Assembly: GCA_950097015.1 (NCBI GenBank)
Contig: CATNEN010000030.1
Location: 2,604,001-2,668,000, forward strand
Length of the DNA stretch: 64,000 nt
Direction: 5' to 3'
Source of the DNA: Macrostomum hystrix
Taxonomy: Eukaryota > Animalia > Platyhelminthes
This document shows, piece after piece, positions 46,782 to 59,599 of this stretch (its first letter is position 1; each line of letters starts with the position of its first letter). The translations under genes were made by a program, and so were the position numbers. The notes beneath the pieces were generated by a model. The model made no database searches. It had not been told where the DNA came from and worked only from the letters and a program-made list of their open reading frames with translations.

Positions 46782-47428
46782 TAGATTAGATCAGTCAGGT
46801 ACAGGTGAATAGATTAGATCAGTCAGGTACAGTTGAATAGATTAGATCAGTCAGGTACAGTTGAATAGATTAGATCAGTCAGGTACAGTTGAATAGATTA
46901 GATCAGTCAGGTACAGGTGAATAGATTAGATCAGTCAGGTACAGTTGAATAGATTAGATCAGTCAGGTACAGTTGAATAGATTAGATCAGTCAGGTACAG
47001 GTGAATATATTAGATCAGTCAGGTACAGTTGAATAGATTAGATCAGTCAGGTACAGTTGAATAGATTAGATCAGTCAGGTACAGGTGAATAGATTAGATC
47101 AGTCAGGTACAGGTGAATAGATTAGATCAGTCAGGTACAGGTGAATAGATTAGATCAGTCAGGTACAGTTGAATATATTAGATCAGTCAGGTACAGTTGA
47201 ATAGATTAGATCAGTCAGGTACAGGTGAATAGATTAGATCAGTCAGGTACAGGTAAATATATTAGATCAGTCAGGTACATGTGAATCGATTAGATCAGTC
47301 AGGTACAGGTGAATAGATTAGATCAGTCAGGTACAGGTGAATAGATTAGATCAGTCAGGTACAGTTGAATAGATTAGATCAGTCAGGTACAGGTGAATAG
47401 ATTAGATCATTCAGGTGCTGGTGAATAG
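46782..47428. repeat. 28-bp minisatellite
   Basis: Unit gaatagattagatcagtcaggtacaggt, about 23 copies. Confidence 0.97.
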
Positions 47429-48248
47429 TCAGGTCAGGGGTGGGGAATCACAACCAGCTTAATTTTCACCTTCAAGACTAATTTCACCATAGCTGCTACC
47501 TAGATACGAGTAGTGCCAATTTTAGCTAATAAATTTAAACTTGAAAAATTGGCAAGAGTTGGCAAGGTAAGACAAATTATTTCCCATTGTTTGGCTGGGA
47601 TTCGAGCTCCGGACCTCTCCATTAGCACTGGGCTAAAAGCTCCCATACAACAGGAGGGGTATAGAGCTCATTTATTAGTTTACTATGGCAGATGGTGATC
47701 GTGAAGGCACTTAAAGCTACAGCAAATGCAGTTCCGCTTTGCATTTGATTTTATTCTTTGTAAATAAGATCGGCTGCTCAACTATATGTACTCGCCGTTA
47801 GCCAATAATAGCCGTGCAAAATTTATCGTTTATTTGCAGTTATCAATGGTTATGTAGTGGACCATTGCTTAAGAATAATATAGGTTAAAACATATGGAGC
47901 ATGCGTGTCTCAGCGGCCCCTCCCATTGAGATGTTGTCGTAATGGGAAAAAACCTCTCAGTCGAATGGCCAGTTGATGTTAGGCTGCCGCCGAATAATAT
48001 GACTATAAACGAGCGATCCTTGGACATGGAGATTGCGCTCGGTCATAAAACACATCAAGCAAGCGCTTTAACAATTGTGTGCGGTGTGAGCAACGATCGA
48101 ACACGTAGAATCCATTAGCCACAGCGGCTGCGTCGCTATTTAACAGCCAACTTCCGTTTAAGAGCGGCAGTGCTTCAGCCTGAGGTCTACGAGTATCTCA
48201 CTCAGAACCATCTCCTTCTATTACAAAGCCGGACTACTCGAGCAACAC

Positions 48249-48728
48249 ATGCAACTCAGGGCGTTCAGTCAATCAAGAGCTTTGTTATTCGCTCTTTACC
48301 TAACTGCCTTACTGCATTACACTCACGGCACTGTAGCTGAAGATGAACTGCGTGACACACGACTGTCGCATTCCTCAAACAGAAACTCGCCCAACAACAT
48401 CGACACATCATCTGCGATCTTGCTTGACGCCCCGCGCGATCAGACGGGAGATGAGACGATAAATAAGATTGGAAGTTCGCCGAAGAGGCAGATGTTCCGC
48501 TACGGCAAGAGGCAGATGTTCCGCTACGGCAAGAGGCAGATGTTCCGCTACGGCAAGAGGCAGATGTTCCGCTACGGCAAGAGGCAGATGTTCCGCTACG
48601 GCAAGAGGCAGATGTTCCGCTACGGCAAGAGGCAGATGTACCGCTACGGCAAGAGGCAGATGTTCCGCTACGGCAAGAGGCAAATTTTCGCTCCGGAATC
48701 TATCAATGCTAGGACTGAGGCAGAATAA
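48249..48728 (+). CDS. Neuropeptide precursor (RYamide-type): 7x QMFRYamide + 1x QMYRYamide
   Basis: N-terminal signal peptide (MQLRAFSQSRALLFALYLTALLHYTHG), an acidic spacer, then eight KR-QM[F/Y]RY-G-KR units (dibasic cleavage sites, Gly amide donor, N-terminal Gln). Encoded by a 24-bp repeat from about 48483. Confidence 0.93.
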   Translation: MQLRAFSQSRALLFALYLTALLHYTHGTVAEDELRDTRLSHSSNRNSPNNIDTSSAILLDAPRDQTGDETINKIGSSPKRQMFRYGKRQMFRYGKRQMFRYGKRQMFRYGKRQMFRYGKRQMFRYGKRQMYRYGKRQMFRYGKRQIFAPESINARTEAE

Positions 48729-50434
48729 CTACTTTTGTTTTAGTTGTGGAGAAACTATTTTCGAAAATTTGATTCGATATCAGAATACTGACGAACTCAA
48801 AGCGCCATCCATAAAATATACGGACAGGATGTTGCTACTCAGGGCTATAGAGCCCATATGCTACGACAGTTGTCGGGTCATTGTGACTTAGGACGTCTTC
48901 CTTTAAGACGTTATTTACGTATCTTGCATTCAGCTTGCTACTGTGAGTAGCATAAAGCGCTATATGCTGTTTCTGCAATTGTAGACCACAGACTACAGAC
49001 TCCCTTTGGATCAGATCAGTACGAAATTGACTGGCAGATAGCTGACACAACAATATGAACTAAAAGTACAAATCTGTTTAAGCTACGTCAACCTTGTAGC
49101 TGACGGTCATACTCCTGGAGCTGGGAAGGGACTATAACTGGCATCATTAGTAACAGCAAAAGTGCAACACTGGGTAGGTTTAGTCCGCAGTTCGAAAATC
49201 CTATTGCAGTAGAAAGATAAATGTCAGCTGTGGTTTTGCTAGCTGAATACTAACTAGTAACTATAACACCCCTTTAACCTAAATAACTGGAGCCTCGACA
49301 TAAGCGCCACGATGCACCATCTAGGTAAAACAAGGAAACACCAAAAACCACAAGGAAAAAGCAAAGGAGTTTTTTTCAAAACAGAAATAGGCAATATTTA
49401 AAACTACTAACTTTTCAGGTAATCTGCTGAGCCATATACTAACAGCAATTAGTCAAATAAGTTGTACAGGTGTAACGAAAATATACAAGTTAATATCAGA
49501 CTGTACACCAGGATATAATGACATAAAACATTGAATAATAATATATGTTTCACCTGCACATTGGGTCTTCGGTCGGAGCTGGGCATATTTAGCAACCGCG
49601 GGTGTAAAATCAAAGGCAAGTGCGAGGCCGTGATGCCTAAAGCTAGAAAAATATTTGAATTCGAGCGCGCTGAAACGTCACAGCTAATTTTTAAAAAGAC
49701 GAAAAAAACAAACAAAAAACTGCGGTGAGGCACAGAACAGGGTGGCAGCAAAACCAAGCTCTCTCAATGCCTCTGTCAGTTCCTACGGCACCTCCTGCCA
49801 CCACCGGCGAAAACTTAGTCGTGGGTAGCAACCAGGACATTCGCGCGAAACATCGGGCGGACGGTCAGGGGCTCCATGGCAACGAAATAAAGGCAACATA
49901 AAATTAGCGAAATCTTACTTTTCCATCTTTCTTCGCCGCATAAATTAGTAGCGCTTGTTATTGTTAGAAATGGAAGCAAAATTTACAGTCAATATACAAT
50001 TATAGTGAATTGAAATCGGTGCACTTTCATTTTATTGAAGTCGAGCATAGTCAAGGCAAGAAAATGAAGAGCATCTCTACATGGGAGGCCATGACAGACC
50101 ATCATCCCTAATTTATTTAAGAGGTGTAACACCCTGCTTATCAGATTTTTAAATCGTAGGTTCCTATTTACAAGGACGCAGTTTCTGCTGTACACAATTA
50201 AAACTGTAAAAAATCAAACAAAAACAAAAATAAATTTATGGGACTGTGTCTCTAACTAAACTAATTTTAGGTCATAATTAGTAAGTAAATATGTACAAGA
50301 ATTTTAAACTTTTCATTGCTTAAAAGTTGACAAGGAAGGTGTACAAAAGTTCATTATATATCTTAGACTGTTTTCCATTGATCTAATCACAGGTAACAAA
50401 AATATACTAGACTCCATTGTATTTGTCTGTCAAA

Positions 50435-53400
50435 TCAAAGCAGCATGCCGTTAGTGCGAAAGAAATGCAGCGCACCCTCGTAGGTGGTCAGCACAATGCA
50501 AGTGTTGGGAATCTGGCGCACGAAATGGGTCAGCAGGCCCTTGTAGAGAGCGCGAAAACCTTCCTCTTTTACTACTAGGCGCGCTGTCTGCACCAGGCCG
50601 GTGTACTTTGAGCCCTCCTGGCGTAGGCGGGTCCGCAGCACCTCTGCAATGCCAGTTTTGGTAGGGATGGTACTATAAATTTAAAAAGGATATTATTAAG
50701 CTTGGAAATTAGTGTAGAACTTGAATAATTGAAGAAATGTATAACTTTTAACACGAAAACGCACATTATACTACTTATGATCTTATCTACGCCTTGAAAT
50801 GGTTAGCTGGTATCCTGGAAAATTAATGATACAGGCTTATAGAAACTGACACATAAAAGTATGTTTTCTTCTGTGTGATCAATCAAATATAAGCTACTAA
50901 AATACTTGTTGTGCTTGTGCGCATAGCAAATACGCAAAGCGAACTCGAATGAACTCTTAATGCCCAGTGGAAATTGAAACAGTGTATAACCCCCCCACAC
51001 GCGCGTGTTTGCGTGTGCACGCGGTCAGCGAGTGTTTATTTGCTATTTTTAGCAACGACTGCGAAACCCCAGTCGAAAATCCAAGGTCGCAAAATGGGAC
51101 TGGCTGGGGTTCGCTGGGGGGAGTTTCCGCTCTTCAATAGTTGAAAGGGAAGGAAAATACACTTGTGAGAGACACTCTGAAGCAGAATGATGACTACAAT
51201 ACAAATGATGCCCGAGAAGATATTAATTGCTTGTTAAATGTGACCAGGAGTATTATTTTACAATTTGGCAAGACTAAAATATACTCAAATTATTAAGGCG
51301 TCATGTTGAGTGCGCATGAGAAAACTTTGGACTTTATAATTCGGCACTTTAGATTGGCAGTGCTGTCCTGACTGGCCATTAGTGTCAAACTGTTAATTAT
51401 GATTTACAAAAATAGTAATTACGAAATAGACAACTGAACGTAGTGTCGTTTTATTCAATTAGAGCCGTGTATTGAATTATCATTGCTATATTTAGATACC
51501 CAGAAGAACTCACCGTGTGGGTAGCAGAACACGGTGACTGTGGACTTTGAGAACATGCTGGCCATGGTGCAGAACACCATTTCGTCAGCCCGACTGACTC
51601 CGCCGTGGCTAGGCATACTACTGTCTGCGTTAGCACGCCCGTCGGCTCCGCGCGACCAGCTGATGAGGCTGCGCTTCAGGTGCTCGTACAGAACGAAATG
51701 CAGCGATGTCTCAAGTATTCCCAAATAGGAGGCCTGGATGCCTTTATAGAAGCCCATTGGTCCGTGCTTGGACCAGACATCTCGAGCGCAGCGCCACACC
51801 GACAGGGGATTGGCGGACGGCCTGGATTGCAGGATTGTGGGATTGCAGTTGGGATTGTAGATATGGGAGTTTCAAAAGAGAGAGCTTCAAAAGTGGGATT
51901 GTAAAGACAGGGATACAAAAATGGGATTGTAGAGACAGGGATACAAAAATGGGATTGTAGAGACAGGGATACAAAAGTGGTATACGCACTGGCTTATATA
52001 CAAAAATACTACGTCCAATATAGTTTTGTCTAGAATTATTCAGAAATGAAATTTAGGACAAAAAATATCCACACACCCAAACAAGAGCAGTCGGACTTAA
52101 CAAAAAATATATAAGCCAGAAAATAAAACAAAAAAACAATGAATGAATGAGCTAGGCTAGGTTTGAACACATCTGATGTCTCTACTCAAACAGAATGGTG
52201 GAAGAGACAGAGGTTAGAGAGTTCTAAGACAGCAAGCTCCGATAATATAATAGCGCAAATATCAGAATAATATGAAAACTGAGTTGAACTGCTCAAAGCA
52301 CGTGATTTGAGCTGGAGACTTTAGAAGGCCGGAACGGGGGGCTTGGCGATAGAAGCAGCGGTGGTCTAATGCAATTGAGAACTAGTCCCAAACTAACGCA
52401 CTAGAATACGTCTTTCTCTACTTAGCTAAAACTTTAGCCAGCCCAAATAGGTCTTCAATGGAGAGTTAAACACTGCTTTTAATGCGCATATTTAATAATT
52501 TTAAGTCTGCCTTTCCTAGCCAAGAGTGCAAATATTTCAAATAGCAAACTGGTTATTGCATGAGTAACACACTGGCTCTGACAACTCATACACAACTTTA
52601 TGATTATATCTTAAGCAAATGAGCAAAAAAGCAAATTCTAAATTACTTTTTTTCTCTAAAAAAAGCCGTTCCACACAAAAAAACTTTAAACTGATACTGA
52701 TTCTTTATCTTAAAAATGCTTTCTTGCAGGTAAACGCTCATTTTATCAAGCTGTTTTAAAAGCTAAATAACTGTAACATACCCTTTAAGTATAGCAGGCA
52801 AACTCTAGCACTGTCCTTCAGGCTTCAGCGGGACCCACCCACTGTCCTTCAGGCTTCAGCGGGACTCACCTACTGTCCCTCAGGCTTCAGCGGGACCCAC
52901 CCACTGTCCTTCAGGCTTCAGTGGGATTCACCACCTGTCCTTCAGGATTCAGTGGGATTCATTACCTGTCCTTCGGTATTCAGTGGGATTCACCACCTGT
53001 CCTTCAGGCTTCAGTGGGATTCACCACCTGTCCTTCAGGATTCAGTGGGATTCACCACCTGTCCCTCAGGCTTCAGTGGGATTCACCACCTGTCCTTCAG
53101 GATTCAGTGGGATTCATTACCTGTCCTTCGGTATTCAGTGGGATTCACCACCTGTCCTTCAGGCTTCAGTGGGATTCACCACCTGTCCTTCAGGATTCAG
53201 TGGGATTCACCACCTGTCCCTCAGGCTTCAGTGGGATTCACCACCTGTCATTCAGGATTCAGTGGGATTCATTTCCTGTCCATCAGTATTCAGTGGGATT
53301 CACCACCTGTACCTCAGGCTTCAGTGGGATTCACCACCTGTCCTTCAGGATTCAGTGGGATTCATTACCTGTCCTTCGGTATTCAGTGGGATTCACCACC

Positions 53401-55004
53401 TGTCCTTCAGGCTTCAGCTCGCCGCGCTGAAGCTGTCGTGATTTTCTAATAACCAAAAAAGCGGCCGTGCCTTTTAATTCTTTAACCGGAAAGAAAAAAG
53501 TTATTTTCTAAGATAGATATACTCTTTTGGCTAATCCTCATGTTTATTTATTAGATTCTGTCCCATCCATTCAGGGTGATAGTAGGGGCGATCACTCACG
53601 ACTGATCCAGCTGTAGGCGAGTCTTCACGAACCAAATCGGGTTGGTCACAGTCGACGATACAAAGCTGGAAAACGAGGCAGCCAGCACAACATTACTGTG
53701 CGAGCCCTTCGGGCAGAGATCCGAGAACAGCTCCTGGCCATTGAAATAGGCGCTGAAGTAGATGGCACGTGAGGGCAGCACGCCCAGCACTGTCATGCTC
53801 AGGCCTTTGAATAGCGCCCGAAATCCTTCAACGTGTTGAATGTGTCGCAGGCACTGGTAGATTGACAGGTGCGACTGGCTGCCAACAGCAGCCGGCGCGC
53901 CAATCTGGACTCGATGATGCCGCTGCTGATGGGTGCCATTAATTACGGCCGATGCAGCGCCTGGGAACAGCTTCATCAGAGGAGACTGCGTGCCGCCGAA
54001 ACGAATTGGGCCGCCGCTGCTGCCTGCACCACCGGCGCCACCATTCCAGGAATTCACCGAGCCCTGCAGTCGAGTCTTCACCACTTCAAGCGGTGAGGTG
54101 ACAATGGCACCAACAGTGCCAGCGAATCTAAAATATCATGTAGCAAGGATAAATTAACTTGATTGAGAAAATGCCCTGTCAATTTGTATATATTTTGTAA
54201 GCTTTCTGATTAATTGATTTGTTTACTAGGCTTAATTTAAAGCTAAAAGCCGATTGACCTAAGATCTATTGAAGCTGCAAAAAATTAAGAGCCATAGCTA
54301 TATCAACTATATTTATCAATTGCATTGGGCCTTCTATTTAACATAGCAGTTACAGTGAATATAAAAACAAAAAACACTGCCTTAAATTATTTGCTTTTGT
54401 TCCATTAGCTATTAATTGATGCCAAGTGTCCAATTTCATATTATGGCTATACTAAGCCCTATATGAAATTAGGTCTAGAATAACAAGAATAACCAGCTTA
54501 GTAGCCTCAGTTGAGATAATACAAAAATACTGTTTCATACATTCAATCTTTTAGGGCCTTGTGTAACCACATGATAGGTTCTAAGATACTAATATGATGA
54601 ATCAATTTATATATAAAATAACAGCATTTCATAGGTGCTAAAGCTCAAATTTTTATCAATATAGACCTAAATAATTGAGCTAAGCTAAATTAAGCTAAAT
54701 AAGTAAGCTAATAATTATTTTAGCTTAACAAACAAATTAATGAAAACATAATCAATGCCAGATTTTAAATAAGATTAAAAAAGAGCCAGGGCTAGGCTAG
54801 GCTTATTTATTAAAGAAAAATCAGTTGGAATAGACTTAGGCCTAGTAGTTCTCACTTTCTACTAAGAATTATATTTATATATTTGTGTATTAAATTTAAC
54901 ATTCAGGCCTAGCTCCAACTATAATATATATCTGATCATATTATTCAATTGCCCCAAACTTACCCTCCAGCAATGAGATGAGCAGCACTTCCATCCAAAA
55001 CCAT
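50435..55004 (-). CDS. SLC25A36: Mitochondrial pyrimidine nucleotide carrier (SLC25A33/36, Rim2 family), 4 exons
   Basis: Exons 55004-54964, 54127-53600, 51821-51514, 50643-50435, phase-consistent. Three carrier signatures: [33 protein letters not shown]. Also HLIAGG, FKGL, RQIPNT. The A33 vs A36 paralog cannot be resolved. Confidence 0.92.
51850..51980. repeat. Short ~28-bp repeat next to an SLC25 acceptor
   Basis: gggattgtagagacagggatacaaaaat, about 3 copies plus degenerate gggattg units. Confidence 0.75.
52808..53418. repeat. 31-bp intronic minisatellite
   Basis: Unit cagtgggattcaccacctgtccttcaggatt, about 20 copies. Confidence 0.95.
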
Positions 55005-56631
55005 GTTTCATGCTTCTTGGGTTGATGAATTGTTTACTATGGTCGAGTTGCAACCATAAAATCTAGCTTGATTAACTTCAAATAGTACTTATGGTTAGAA
55101 AAATATAGGCCTAACTAGATTTGGGTCTAAAGACTGGAATTTTCTGTTAGGCCCTAGTTAACTAAAAACTAGATCCTGGCTAAAAAACAATATAGTATTT
55201 TACAAATACAGTTAACAATCAATATATATTTTACTACTTGCAGCCTAACTGCCTAAAGCAAAGGGACTGGATTTGAGTGACAACAAACACAACAAATTAC
55301 AAGTATACACTTAATGACATAAGTCAGTGGGACTAAAAGTGTAGTGTAGTAGCTATATATAGAATTTATACTCGTATTTTAATCCAGAATTCGTACAGTT
55401 ACACTAGACTAGTCCCTAGAGGTAGAGCTATGCTAAAATCTCTTGTATCTGAACTAATGGTAAGCTAGCAAAAGGATTTGAACTTCTAATCGTAGTCGGA
55501 GAACGACTAGTGCATATTACTGGGGACGGGGAGCCACGTTATAAGTAAATACATCACATCTGAACATCACGCAGTCAGTGGCTGATCGTATAGCGTAGCT
55601 CATAGCCGATTGGATGTAGGAAAGCGTGCTGACTTCTGACGACCTTGAAGTGGTTTAAAAATAGATTCTCTATGTAATACACAGCATTTAGCAATTTAAA
55701 AAAAATCTGACGCATTTAATTTTTCTTAGTACACATTTCTGCACGAATTTCTAATTTCCCAATGCGTTGACTCATTCATTTGTATTTTGTTAAAACATAT
55801 AATTCAATGCTTCTTTATGCCGTCGGTCCATATTGATGACTTCTAACCACGATTCTAACCACTGTTTTTGCTATTTCGTATATTTTAATGATTCCAAAAC
55901 AAATTAAATTACTGATAAATGTCGCAGACCCGCGCCTCCGTACCGACAGTAAACGAAGCAACATCACATACAAAATTAGCATAAACTTGTTCCAAATAAA
56001 AAAGTCTAACATTGTAGCTTAATTTTTTCTGTTGCAAAATTTAATTAGCACATTGTCACTATAAAATCGTAGATAAACTTAATTATGCTTGAAGAAGAAT
56101 GAGTGCATATTCAATCCAAAGAACTTTGTAGTTTTAGTTATACTAACAGTTGGTAGTGTACTATACTGATACACTTATACACTATACACACTATACACTG
56201 ATACACTATATATCTGTGTACGTTATACGAGCATACTACAGTGGTCCTTGATTAACTCCTAGATTGTCACATTTTAATCACCCAGTGTCATCTGTAGGTT
56301 CGGTTGTCACCGTAAAGTAATACATATTGGATCATGTTTTTACTTGAACGATCTACATGCACATAGGCTTCTTGATGTTAAAGGGCGATATTAATATCGT
56401 CGAATCACGAAAGGAGTCACACTATACAGTTGAATTTTACTTAAAACCGAAGTTTTTATAAATCAGCTACATTTTTATGTCCCGTTCAATGCTGAGCTTA
56501 AGCAAGAATGCGCATGTTCATATGATATTACTTGTCAAAGTAATAAAGTAATAATAATATAACTCGTGCATTTGTAAATCCTTGAAATTCCTCTTGTGGC
56601 TTTTGCGCGATATATTCTTTCGAAAACAAGA

Positions 56632-56735
56632 TCCTGGACTGAACAGCCGTGCGCAGCCTTCAGATCTGTGCGCAATAGCTGCAGCTGTGCTGTCTGCTGC
56701 ACATGTGGCCCGATTGGGGCAGGTGTAATAAATTA
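56632..56735 (+). mobile_element. SINE family A, 3' fragment
   Basis: ggactgaacagccgtgcgcagccttcagat...ggcaggtgtaataaatta. Confidence 0.65.
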
Positions 56736-57212
56736 CGAGTTAGTACGAATTATCCGGTTATTAAATTATGATTACTCGCGTGTAAAAGTAAAATGTATAG
56801 CATCGTATCATTTATCATGCGTTACATGCATACGAGCGTGCTTTTGTAAAGTCAATTGTGAAAATTGCAGTAAAGTGTCTCTTACTCGCAAATGCGCTGC
56901 AATCAGTAGTCAAGTGCGCAATTTTTCGAATATTGGAGCGCAATATACAGTATATGCGTGCCAATAACGGAAGAGTGTATAATTTAGTCCTAACGCACTT
57001 AAACAAGAGTGCTATAGCAACATACATACGTTCTCAGTAACACAGCTACAATTTATAATTATCTAAACTTTTAATATAGCGAACAGTTCTAACCTATAGC
57101 GACTACACGCTGCATGTAGTTCTGATTAATGATTCATTTTCTGAATTATTGTTAGTGTTATTTCAGCGCGAGCGAAACTGCTAATCGATAAGTTAATAAT
57201 GTTGTCTGTCTA

Positions 57213-59330
57213 CACCTTTTTTCCATTCTATTTTGGCAATCGTACAATCAAAGTCAAAATCTTTCCATTCAATTCAGACAGTTTATGGTAGTTCTTGGCC
57301 GGACGTGCATTCAATTCCGAAAAATATGCTTTCAAAAGCGATAATTTTCAAACAAAGCAAACAAGCTACCACGAGAAACCGAAACTTTGCAAGAAATTCA
57401 AACAATTTGCAATCAATTCCGACAGTTGGCTATGAATTGGCTTTTTCTGTCCTCCTATCTATGGCTCATACTGCGAAATTTCCAATCAATTCCGACAAAT
57501 TTCAATCTATTTAGACTAGCCATTGGAGTACATACTACATGTACTGTAAATTTACAGTATACTTCAAAATGCAACAGAACAGCTAAAACTGGAACAGTCA
57601 GCAGAGTTCATGAGGTTCATAAAGATTCAGTTGTCAGATTTTAGCCATCAATCGGCACTTCCGCAATGCAGCGCGGTACATAAGTCAGACAATGGTTGTA
57701 CCAAAAAGCCGTGCAGTTGGCTCCGGTGACGACGTTTACAGTACTATTAGTTACTCCCTCAAGCATATCACGCCGATATGCTGCTTTGGTTCGTCCAGAA
57801 AGTGCTTGCTGGTCGGGGTTCAGAAAGGCGTCGATGTTTGTGGCTAGCTCGACTTTAATCGCAGCCTTCCAAGCCGATATCGCATTCTCGACGGGTGTCA
57901 GGAATGGGCTATAGGGAGGCAGGCGTCGCATCTCGATAACTCCTGGAAGTTCCTGATCTTCTCCATCGTTATGACTACTTACGTTGTCATAAATGACAAA
58001 GGCTGGCTGGTTGAATGCTTCTTGTATGTTGCCGACCAAGATGAATTAAGAAATTCCGCGAATCTTTCTTTTGTCATGCCGGTTGGGTACGTCTGCATGG
58101 AAGTGCAGTACTCCGATACCAGGTGAAACTGCACAACAGACCGTCAGTCGTGGGCCCTTCGATCCTGCAACACGCCGATATGCTCTCTGACCCTGTTGAG
58201 CACGGCCCTGCGACCTCCGTGTCCAGCAGTCGAACCCAAATTCGTCGACGTTAACTTTCGGTCGGTTTACAACTTCAGCTGAACACCACCATTCGCAATA
58301 GGCACGACGCAGTTGCAAATTAGCTGGTGAGTTTCGGTCTACTGGCTGGTCTCTTAGCAACTTAGTGGTGTAGAGCATTCCGTCTAGATGACGACTGACT
58401 GTAGAAATTGCTACTTCGGGTTTTTCAGGAAAGCGAGCATGAAGGCCAGTCTTCAGTTCGGCTAGAGTAACACTGGTGTTAACTTGAATCGAATCTTCAA
58501 GAAAATCCAACATCTCTTGATCCACTCTCACATGCTTGGGACCTCCTTTTGGCATTTTAGCTGGCCTTCCGCTTTTCACAATTGTACACGCCGTTGTTCG
58601 CTTGATGCCCATTGCTCGAGCAAGATGCACAAAATCGTCTCCGTTTGCGTGTGCGTCGATGAACCTCTGCCGATCGTTGTCACTCACTTTTGCATTCAGC
58701 ATTACGAGCGTATTCTTGAGGTCTTCTTCTGTACAATACAATTCTATTCAAAAAGCTATTCTGTCAAATGAAATGGTACCCATACTTAAATTTCAATTTT
58801 TTCTCTTCATGATGTGTCTATGGCATTGGGTCATGGCCCCATCCAACCTCAATAGTTGGAAAAAAACTTTCGTTTCTGTTCGTTGCAAAAGTACAGAGTA
58901 TATGTGCAAGGCTAAATCTATGGGTGTTCCGAATCTCCAAGTTTCTCTCCATAATGTGTCTATGGCATTTAGCCCTGGCCCCACCCAAAGTAAAAAGTAG
59001 CTAGTCTAAATAGATAGAAATTTGTCGGAATTGATTGGAAATTTCGCAGTATGAGCCATAGATAGGAGGACAGAAAAAGACTATTGATAGCCAACTGTCA
59101 GAATTGATTGCCAATTGTTTGAATTGATTGAAAATTGTTTGAATTGATTGCAAAGTGTCGGTTTCTCGTGGTAGCTTGTTTTCTTTATTTGAAAAGCTTT
59201 GTTCGCTTTTGAAAGCACATTTGTCGGAATTGAATGCACGTCCGGCCAAGAACTACCATAAACTGTCTGAATTGAATGAAAAGAGTTTGACTTTGATTGC
59301 ACTATTACCAAAATAGAATGGAAAAAGGTG
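57213..59330 (-). mobile_element. Tc1/mariner-IS630 (ITm) superfamily DNA transposon with ~310-330-bp TIRs
   Basis: TA|caccttttttccattctattttgg at 57213 and ccaaaatagaatggaaaaaggtg|TA at 59330. TIRs about 57213-57520 and 59000-59330; TA target-site duplication. Confidence 0.9.
57641..58741 (-). pseudogene. DDE transposase, disrupted by frameshifts near 58040-58090
   Basis: HTH-like N-terminus, VDEFGF (first D), VIYDNVSSH (second D), LPPYSPFLTPVE (E). The bridging segment GMTKERFAEFL is in a third frame. Confidence 0.88.
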
Positions 59331-59414
59331 TAGAAATAATAGTCTCAAAAATAGACACTATTATTTAGAAAAAAAAACATTAGAAAAAACAAAAACAACA
59401 TAGAAAAAACATGT

Positions 59415-59599
59415 GCTTTAGTCTATGGGTATTAATCGCGAGGGGCAGAGTGAGAAGGCTTTAGTCTATGGGTATTAATCGCGAGGGGCAGAGTGAGAAG
59501 GCTTTAGTCTATGGGTATTAATCGCGAGGGGCAGAGTGAGAAGGCTTTAGTCTATGGGTATTAACCGCGAGGGGCAAGTGAGAAGGCTTTAGTCTATGA
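59415..59599. repeat. 43-bp tandem repeat, about 4 copies
   Basis: Unit gctttagtctatgggtattaatcgcgaggggcagagtgagaag. Confidence 0.92.
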
